DNA of 63,958 nucleotides, counting the filler, from Craspedostauros australis (taxonomy: Eukaryota), in NCBI GenBank assembly GCA_030167865.1. It is 8 parts of 8 records of this genome, joined end to end, with 100 filler letters (N's around TTAATTAATTAA, not from the genome) between each part and the next. Parts side by side here need not be neighbours in the genome. Positions count along the whole stretch, not along the records: positions 55,707 to 57,180 come from JALAGF010004769.1; positions 57,281 to 60,188 come from JALAGF010004771.1; positions 60,289 to 63,958 come from JALAGF010004772.1; 5 more parts are not named here. One strand, 5' to 3'. Below, piece after piece: positions 55,707-63,958 of this stretch; within the stretch, counting starts at the first letter, position 1; every line of letters starts with the position of its first letter. The position numbers were made by a program, and so were the translations under genes. The notes under the pieces were generated by a model. That model was not told the origin of the DNA, searched no databases, and saw nothing but the letters and a program-made list of their open reading frames with translations.

Positions 55707-57180
55707 CTACATGCAATGCCCAAAGGGCATGAGGCATGAGGCCGACGAATGCTTGCTGCTCAAGAAGACCATCTATGGATTAGTGCAGAGTGCCAGACAA
55801 TGGAACAAAAAGCTGGTCGACATTCTACTCAACCTGGGATTTCGACAGAGCAAAGTGGATCCATGCCTTCTGATTTGGAATCAGGAAGGGAAACTGCTGC
55901 TGATAGGCACCTACGTCGATGACTGTCTATGCATCAGAGAGAAGGAGGAATTGAAGCAACTGACGATCGACATCAAAGCTGAGCAATTCGGAATCAAGGT
56001 GGAGAACGACCTCGAAGACTACCTCAGCTGCAAGATCATCTTCAACAACGAACAGTCGAACTGCTGGGTGAACCAGCCACACATCATCAAGAACATCATC
56101 GACACATTCAAGGATGACGTGCTGACTCTACAACGATACGGAACTCCAGGAACACCAGGACAAGGTATCCAGAGAAACAGCAACTTACCCAAAGTGGACA
56201 GTGACCGACACAGCAGATACCGAAGCGGAGTAGGTATGCTGCTATACTTGGTGAAGCACTCGCGACCAGACATTGCGAATGCGGTGCGCGAACTTACCAA
56301 GGTACTGGACGGACCATCAGCTGCAGCATACAAGGAGATGCTGCGAGTTATGAAGTTCGTATCGGACACGAGGGACTACGGACTACGAATGCAACCAACC
56401 CCGCTGGAGAACGACGCATGGAAGATCGAGATCTACGCNGACAGCGAGTTTGCGGGAGACAAGGATAACCGGATCAGTGTCGGGGGACATCTCGTCCTAC
56501 TGCAAGGGGTGCCCATCGTATGGAGATCGAANGCACAACNAAGNGTAACTCTCAGCTCAACAGAGGCGGAATACGTCGCCCTGTCAGAAGCAGGAAAGGA
56601 GATTCGCTTCCTCACGCAGCTAATGGAGGACATCGGCTTGACGATGACCAAACCAGTGGATGTGTATGTGGACAATGTGGGAGCTATCTTCATTGCCTCC
56701 AATCCATCGACATCAGCGCGGACGAGACACATCGATATACGACATCATTTCACTTGGGAGCTGATAGACAACGGAGAGGCACGAATTCAATTTGTGCGCT
56801 TAGAGGACAACATCGCAGACGGCTTCACCAAGAACACAAAGAAGGAGATCTACGACAGACACAAAGGGAGCATCATTCAATTGAGATNNNNNNNNNNNNN
56901 NNNNNNNNNNNNNNNNNNNNNNNNNNNNNNNNNNNNNNNNNNNNNNNNNAGACGATTTGTGTGTGTGAGTGAGTATGGTGGTGCGACAATGGAAGGGTGT
57001 CAGGAATCGGGGGTACGACTTTGCAAAGATACCGTATTCTACCGCAGCTCCCATGAGGACTGACTGGAACCGGAATGGTATTAAGTGCAAAGATACCCCA
57101 CGATTGCCGCAACCCCCAATAGCATCTCCCAGACAAACCGCAACCTAGCAATCGACCAGTTGCACTCGGACAGCCCAATG
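55707..57180 (+). mobile_element. Copia RT/RNase H 3' part, polypurine tract and start of 3' LTR
   Basis: KKTIYGLVQSARQW, YVDD, YRSGVGMLLYL..SRPDIANAV, DSEFAGD, LSSTEAEY, VDNVGA, RTRHIDIRHHF, ADGFTK. Purine run ggaaggg directly precedes TGTCAGG at 56998. Confidence 0.93.
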
Positions 57181-57280
57181 NNNNNNNNNNNNNNNNNNNN
57201 NNNNNNNNNNNNNNNNNNNNNNNNTTAATTAATTAANNNNNNNNNNNNNNNNNNNNNNNNNNNNNNNNNNNNNNNNNNNN

Positions 57281-60188
57281 CATGCTGATCATCTCTTCCT
57301 TGCAGCTGAAGGTGGAGACGAAAGACGAGATGCCATGACCCAGGTCCACATTGCCACCGAGGAATTAAGGCGCCGACGGGAAGCGGCCAAGGCAAGATGG
57401 TCTTCACACATCCACGACCTTCAGGTTGAGGGACTGACATGTGCCCAACGTGACCCACTCTGGTTCATGCTACGGAAGTTCGCACTCACAAGCTCATCAA
57501 CATACAAGCTCATTTCGACTNNNNNNNNNNNNNNNNNNNNNNNNNNNNNNNNNNNNNNNNNNNNNNNNNNNNNNNNNNNNNNNNNNNNNNNNGCAGAGTA
57601 TCTTGGGATCGACCATGACAAAAAATTGGGAGACCTTGATCGAACAAGGAAAATGCGGAGGATCAATGACAGGGCCCATTCGGTGTACAAGGCGCTGACA
57701 GAGAACAGCATTGACTCGTCTGCTTTGGAAGAGAAGATGCTCGACGCATTGAGCAAACGTGCAGAATCGGTTCCTGACTCGGACAGTGCCACCAGTGCCT
57801 CTCATGAGGATGATTCTGCTACAGGCAACACACTGTCGGATGAGCAGATACTGCTACATGCATTACTCTGTGACCACAGTGTGTTGTCTCAAGCAGCAGC
57901 TGAGGAAGAAATCCGAGCATTGGTTGGACTCTTCTATGGTGACAACAACTCTCGTGGTCTGGGCACGTTGCTGTCAAAACTGAAGAAGATCCTACAAATG
58001 AAGTGCAAGTTTCATCGACGATACTGCCTCATGACTACAACAATGCTGAAATCAATGTACACCAAAAGATATCCAGCATCCAGGAGGGACAAGATCGCTG
58101 CTGGAGACCTTCGGAGAATGCTGGTCAAAAATGACCAAGCACAGCCATCCGCACCTGCGAACACTTCTCAGCCACGCAACAACAGGGAGGGGTCAGAGGA
58201 TGCAGGTACCAACAAATACCTGCAGGACCTGCAGATGCGCCTCATGCAACAGGTGCTGTCCTGCTGGTATATGAAGCCTCGAAAGGGTGAAGAGGGAGAA
58301 CCAATCCAGCTCGGGTTGGACAACGAAGACCCTTTGATGGAAGAGGTGATGACACATGCCAACATTTGTGGGCCCAACACTCGACTGAAAGCTGCATTCA
58401 GTGCTGGGCTGGTGAGGCATCCCGACCAACCTTATGCTCGAGCATCAGTGGACTTTCTTGCAGTTGTGGGAGAATCTGCCAATGAATCACAAGAAAAGGT
58501 GTTCGTGGTCGAAATGAAAACTCGAGCATCACCAAAGACAGAACTGAACGAAAAGGAGTGGCATGCAAAGGCAAAACAACGGCCTGGTCACCCCAACAAC
58601 CACAATGCGTTCTTCCCACTGCAGGATGATGAGTTCAGAGCGGCTTTTTCGAGACCAGAGGAAATGATACAGTTGTTGCATCATTCCTTTGTGTTTGGTG
58701 TTCCGAACGCCCTCCTTTGCATTGGTACGTATCTGAAGTGATATCATCATTTTCCGTCTTTGCATGACAATCCACATCACTAACCTCCATCCTCTATCTT
58801 CACTTGTCATGAAAATCACCTCACAACATTGGATTGCAACGGGACGAACTGTGTCACCACATCACAGGCNNNNNNNNNNNNNNACCAATTCGCACCATCG
58901 CAACCAGCTTCACACCATCACTTCTTGCAGCATATGGCAGGGTGCTGAAGGACCTCTACAAAATGGTTATGGAATTCGCATACTCGGAAACTCCTGTGAG
59001 AGGGGCAACTGCATCACCATCGTATGCGTTGTTGACAAGACTCCTTGCTTCGATGTCGACACAAGCACCATTTCGAGGATGTAACGAGGTCCTTGCATCG
59101 CTCACAGAGAACAACCTCATGCAGGAGGTACGGAAATGGCAAGCCTGTCACAGAAACCTGAAGTTTCCAGTACCCAAGGTGAAAACCTTCCTGCCCAAGA
59201 TCTACTCCGTATGGAATTCGTTGAAGGGAGGCTCAGACATAATGACAAAGATGATGGAATCACACTCTCCGGACCTGCCCATCCCAACCATGGGCTGCAC
59301 TGCCGTCTCACGACAGCTGCAAGTCATGTTCATGGCCATTCACAAGGTCAGCCAACACGTGGATCCGAATCGGCCAGCAGACAACACTGACGTGATTCGA
59401 AGTGACACACTCGGCCACTACAGGAACAAGGTGAATCAGCGTCGCAGCTTCCAGCAGACCATGGTGGAAATCAACACATGCTTCCGGCAAATGTTGCAAC
59501 ACATATGCGATGATGAAGAGGTCCACAAGGCTGAGGGTGATGGCAACTATTCTGGCACTATATCGGTCCATTGCAAAAGGATCCCACATGGTATGCCAAG
59601 GCTCTTCGAAGGCAATCCTCCAACAAATTCGAGTTCGGTACAACCAGCGGAACTACNAGACATCCTTCGCCTGAAGGCCACTCCAGATACCCCAAGACAA
59701 GGCAGGATACGTGCCAACATGAAGAAAAGAGAGCACATCCCAAGGAAGTGCGTCGTCAAACGAGGAACCTGCGTCGTGTGCAACATCGTGACTCCCTGGG
59801 TGTGCGCGGGATGCCATATGTTTGTGTGTGCACAGTCAAATGAGGAAAAGAGGGCGTGGATGGAGACACAGGGGATACCACCTACCCTGGCACTGTGCAA
59901 TTTCCCTGTGAAGAAGGTGGCAGCGGTGGTCGAGAACACATGCCATCATCTTCTCCACCGCAACCCAACATTATGGTGTTCTGAAACCAACCTGGACTAC
60001 ACCAAGCGCAGCACAAATGAGGAGGTCCGACAGAAGAAGGCAGATGCCCGGGCAAAGCGTGCTACCGCAAGGATCGCCCAAGAAAGAGCAAGACTTGCCA
60101 CGGAAATTGCTGCAACTGCAGAAGCTGATGCCGAAGATGCATTGCTTGCCCAGGCCTCTGCTGTTCCTGCCCATGGACTGAACAATAC
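57281..60188 (+). mobile_element. Putative DNA-transposon gene: YqaJ/lambda-exonuclease domain plus piggyBac-like C-terminal motifs; predicted intron 58725-58867; partial at both ends
   Basis: YqaJ motifs QRDPLWFMLRKFALTSS, GLDNE, GLVRHPDQPYARASVD, VEMKTR. WNSLKGGSD at 59212. CVVC..CAGC..VC..CHHLLH at ~59770-59957. A GTACGT..CTAAC..CACAG intron joins the two ORFs in frame. Confidence 0.7.
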
Positions 60189-60288
60189 NNNNNNNNNNNN
60201 NNNNNNNNNNNNNNNNNNNNNNNNNNNNNNNNTTAATTAATTAANNNNNNNNNNNNNNNNNNNNNNNNNNNNNNNNNNNNNNNNNNNN

Positions 60289-61083
60289 CATTTCGGCAAT
60301 CAGCAGCTTGGCATTGGGGCATTCATAATCGAAAGCACCCACGTGAAATCGCTTGCGCTCTTCATCGCATTGACCGGCTGTCGCATCGTCGGCTTGGCTT
60401 CCGGCCGCATCAGTGGCGGATGCTGCCCGCCTCAACTTGCCTTCAGGCATGGCATGCCGATGCTGATGGTAGTGAATCGCGATGTAGATCATCCGGATCT
60501 TCCACATCGACACTCGCTCATTGGATGAGTCGGACGTGTTGTCTTGTTCACCGATGAAGCCATCGTCACCGCGCCACGATGACCTTATGCGAGATGTGGG
60601 AGAGCACACTGTCGAACTGAACACGTCCATGAACTGCATCTGATGTTGCTGTTGTGGCATGTCCGCATGGCTGCTGGTATCACCAGCATCATCCGCAGCA
60701 GCGCCGTCAATCGATCCCTCCAATGCATCCAGCCAACGGAACAAGGAATCATCCTCGTTGGCTCTGTTTTTCACAGCATTCTGAAATCTTGGTCCCAACA
60801 GCCACTCTTGAGAATTCAATCGCAGGCAACTCTGCGACATGGATTGCGTCGACAGCCCATCAGTTGTTGCGTAGTTCGAGACGGTCGATGGGAGACCCTC
60901 ATTCAATTCCTGCCAAGGATCTTGCTGTTGCTGTGCGGCAATGGGTTGCTGTTGGCCTTGCACCACCTTCGCGGAGTAACGCACATTGCGAATGTCGCCG
61001 GCGAAGTGCAGGACGAAAAGCACAACGATGCCGCAGGCCATCCACTTGTGGCGACTTCCTTTTGGTTGGCTCACCTGCTTCAT
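60289..61083 (-). CDS. Type II membrane protein, 3'-partial; possibly a glycosyltransferase N-terminus
   Basis: Short basic tail, TM (WMACGIVVLFVLHFA), Gln-rich stem. WKIRMIYIAIHYHQH..FDYECPNAKLLI runs into the gap. Function is not determinable here. Confidence 0.6.
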
Positions 61084-62561
61084 ATTTCGGCCGTGCGCTT
61101 GATGTTGCTTGTTCACGCGTAGAAAACAGATGGGGTCTTGTGAGAGTAGCCACGATGGAGGCTTCGATGGTGCTGCCTTTGCGATGGGTCTGCACTCTCT
61201 CGCTGTCTCTGTGAGAGTCTGTGTCAGATGGAGAAACTATTGAAGCGGAAGTGGGTGTCAAGTGATGGTGAAAGGATCGTCTGAACGGATTATGACCGAA
61301 GTCTTTGTTTTTGTTTTGGGCGACCTCGTTTGTGTTTGCCTTTTCTTCGGCTAATCCATAGTCACATAGCTTTGTCTGCGTTGGGTGGTAGGTTTACTAG
61401 CACCTTCAAGCTTGCCTTGAATCATCCAGCTCGATCCCTCCTGGGAGTCATCGTAAAAGTTGCAAATAAATTTAATTTGCTTTTTTGCCGACTTCACGGG
61501 TCCCACAACAACAAGAGCACAAAGTTGTTGCGCAGACAATGACCACTTCGACCAAAACAAAACGAACACCGTCGACCCACTCGACCAATGCACAACACAA
61601 TCCGCCTCAACACTGGTGACCTGGTAAGACTTCGAGAACATTGGAGATGACTACTTCGAATGACCTTCCAGGAAGAACTTAGTTAGGCTCTATTTTTCCG
61701 CTTCAACGATTCTGGCGTATTGGTGTGGTGTGTTCTGTCTCACACGTTGGGTCGCGACCGATGGCCGTTTGCCGCACATCCCATCGTGCCGCATCCCATC
61801 GCGCCGCATCACATCACACCACACCCTGTTTCTCGTCTCACAACACGACGCCTGCGATCCACGCAAGAGGGCCCAAAACATCGAACAACACAAACCTGCT
61901 TTGCGTCGCGTTTCATTGCCAGGACAAGTTGCGGTTGGTGTTTTGCCTGACAGTGTCGTTTGTTATCGAATGGTGTTTGTTGCAACAGATAGTAGGAGTC
62001 CATCATTCCTTACCAATGGTGAAGACAAGCTTGGCAGGGTCTGCAAGTCCTGGTTACACCACCATCATTTTCTCTTCGTCATGCTCTTGTTCGTCCCAGA
62101 ATTCTGCCATGATGGTCTGCGCTCGAAGATCATGGTCGGTACAGCTGAATACCTGGCATATTCATTGCTGTGACAGTGTTGTGCACGATGGCTCGTCGTC
62201 GTTCATCAAGCTTGCTGTAGAGTATTGGAATTGCATGCCATGTCACATGCGATATTGTGTGGAACAGAAACACTGAATGCAGTGCATCCTGTGTCGATCG
62301 ACGTGATGAGTTGGTTCACACAATTTCCACATGGTCAATCGCACTATCGAGATGCTTGGAACCAAAAATGAAATGAATACTATTCTGTGAAGCATACTGC
62401 TTGCACTTGCAGTGGCTCCAATCTGCACACAACAGAGTAGAATAGAGAAGAGGTGTGCTGCCATATTAACTTAATTGCTCTCAGGTTATTCTGTGCTATT
62501 GATGAACCAGATCGAGGCCATCTTTGTCATGGCGATCAGCAGTTGATTTGTAAATAATTCC

Positions 62562-63562
62562 TTAGTATGTGACATGGAATGGGCGATTGCCTGCATTGAT
62601 CTGAATCTGTGTGATGGCGACAATGGCCTTGAACACATACTTGTGCAGGTTGCGATCATGGCAGAAGCGCTGCTCAAGAATCTTCCAGTTCTTGAACCTG
62701 CCATTGATGGTCTCGTGCCGTGCTCGTGCGATGCCCTTGGCCCTCTTCTCTGCCATGGAGACAAAGTCATCAGATGTTCTGACGCATTCATCACCATGAT
62801 ATCCACGGTCCACCTTGATCATCTCACCATCGTCGAGGTAATTCTTGAGACCAAGCCGAAAGATCTTGAGGTCTGGATGAGACCCACAAGGGAAGGGTTT
62901 GTTGATCCAAACAATGTTGCCGCGTTGGATGGAGATCCCAACTTCATATCGCAAACCAGGTCCGTGGAATTTGTGGGAGTACCATTTCTTGTTGAATGGG
63001 GTTGGTTCTTCAATTTGAAAATCGGTGCCATCCACTGTGATCCTGCATGAGTGGTCAACTTGGCCGAGGTTGCGGCGCTCCCACACAACCTGAAAAGGAA
63101 TATGCACAATGGGTGTGAGTGTGTTCATTGGGAATCAAGCAATTGCACATCATCACAGCAAAGCAGATCCAGACAGGCTTCATGCGGACTTACCAGAGTG
63201 TAGAGCTTCGAAGCAATTTGCTTGATCACAAGCCACGTGTATCTCTTGAGAGTCCGATCTGCCACTCCAAGGAAGACACAAGCCATGCGGACAGTTGGAT
63301 AGTGACGCAAATAGTAGAGCGTCCACAACAGATGTTTGGGCTTGAATGGAGCAGCAAAATCGCAGTGCTCCCAGATGCGAAGACACAAGTGTGGATTCAC
63401 ACCGAATGTGGATGCGAAGCTCTCTCCGAACTGAGACTGCGCAAGAGGGTGGTTACCATTTCTGGCCTTCAGAGTGATGTTCATCAAGAACTGACCGACA
63501 GTCACGAAGTCACTGACATCCACATTGGCGTAGTCGAAGCGAGATGCCATGCTTGCTTTCAT
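62562..63562 (-). mobile_element. PIF/Harbinger (DDE_Tnp_4-like) transposase, two exons: 63562-63194 and 63089-62562 (~298 aa)
   Basis: Exon 1: FGV..KHLLWTLYYLRHY. Exon 2: TVDGTD..YSHK..GLRYEV..DRGY..RARHETINGRFK. A phase-0 104-nt intron GTAAGT..TTCCTTTTCAG (63193-63090) joins KLYTL to VVWERR. Confidence 0.88.
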
Positions 63563-63958
63563 GTGCGATGGTGATGGTGTTTGTGATGGTGCTTGCGATG
63601 GCTTTTGTTCGATCAAAATTTCGAAAGTATGCGCTCAATGATGATGTTGGGTGCACGTTTTTGTTTGTTGCTTGCGTTTGAATGCCAGGATGGCATCTTG
63701 ACGATCTTCTGTGGCTGTCAACCTCAGCTAGCTGGAATGTATCAATGTACAAACAAGGAAATGGAGATGGATGGTGTGAGAATCAACATGGAATGCAGAT
63801 CAAGGAACCCGCCTTTGGTACGAATGCCACATGACACGCCACGACAGCAAAGACTGACACCACTCATCCTCAGTGTGCTCGTCATGATGAGCGGTGGGAT
63901 CAAAGCAACGACACTCAATTCAAGGATTGTCAATGGCAGCAATGTTCAGAAGATCAAA

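Noticed and set aside
54791..57180. gag and RT/RNase H read as one Copia element
   Set aside because: They are separated by a contig spacer, and the 3' LTR start (TGTCAGG, 56998) does not match the putative 5' LTR (TGTTGAT, 54536).
20924..60244. TTAATTAATTAA recurring seven times (could suggest piggyBac TTAA sites or a repeat array)
   Set aside because: Always centred in 44+44 Ns. It is an artificial contig linker.
61777..61826. Pentamer-like run (catcc/catcg/catca/cacca)
   Set aside because: Degenerate microsatellite with no repeat-spacer structure; not CRISPR-like.

Overview
Eukaryotic draft assembly, almost certainly a diatom (Lhcx antenna protein, bipartite plastid leaders, CoDi-type Copia elements). 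It is eight separate contigs joined by artificial 100-nt spacers (N44-TTAATTAATTAA-N44), so adjacency across spacers means nothing. Host genes: two tandem MATH-BTB paralogs, a 2187-aa protein with three degenerate LanC-like domains, a plastid-targeted unknown, a small heat-shock protein, a GT47/exostosin glycosyltransferase, a >4000-aa acidic repeat protein, a secreted RXL/KSS/Cys-repeat protein, Lhcx, a thylakoid-lumen protein, an HRQ1 helicase and a partial type II membrane protein. Mobile DNA: a non-LTR RNase H 3' fragment, three Copia pieces, a decayed tyrosine-recombinase retrotransposon, an intron-containing PIF/Harbinger transposase and a YqaJ/piggyBac-like gene. Best leads: (1) a spliced gene fusing a YqaJ lambda-exonuclease domain to a piggyBac-like C-terminus; (2) a Copia 5' LTR whose primer-binding position has no tRNA match but is perfectly complementary to a 14-mer in the LTR (Tf1-like self-priming geometry); (3) the triple-LanC pseudoenzyme; (4) the giant 20-aa-repeat protein. 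All family calls come from recognising motifs by eye; no searches were run.
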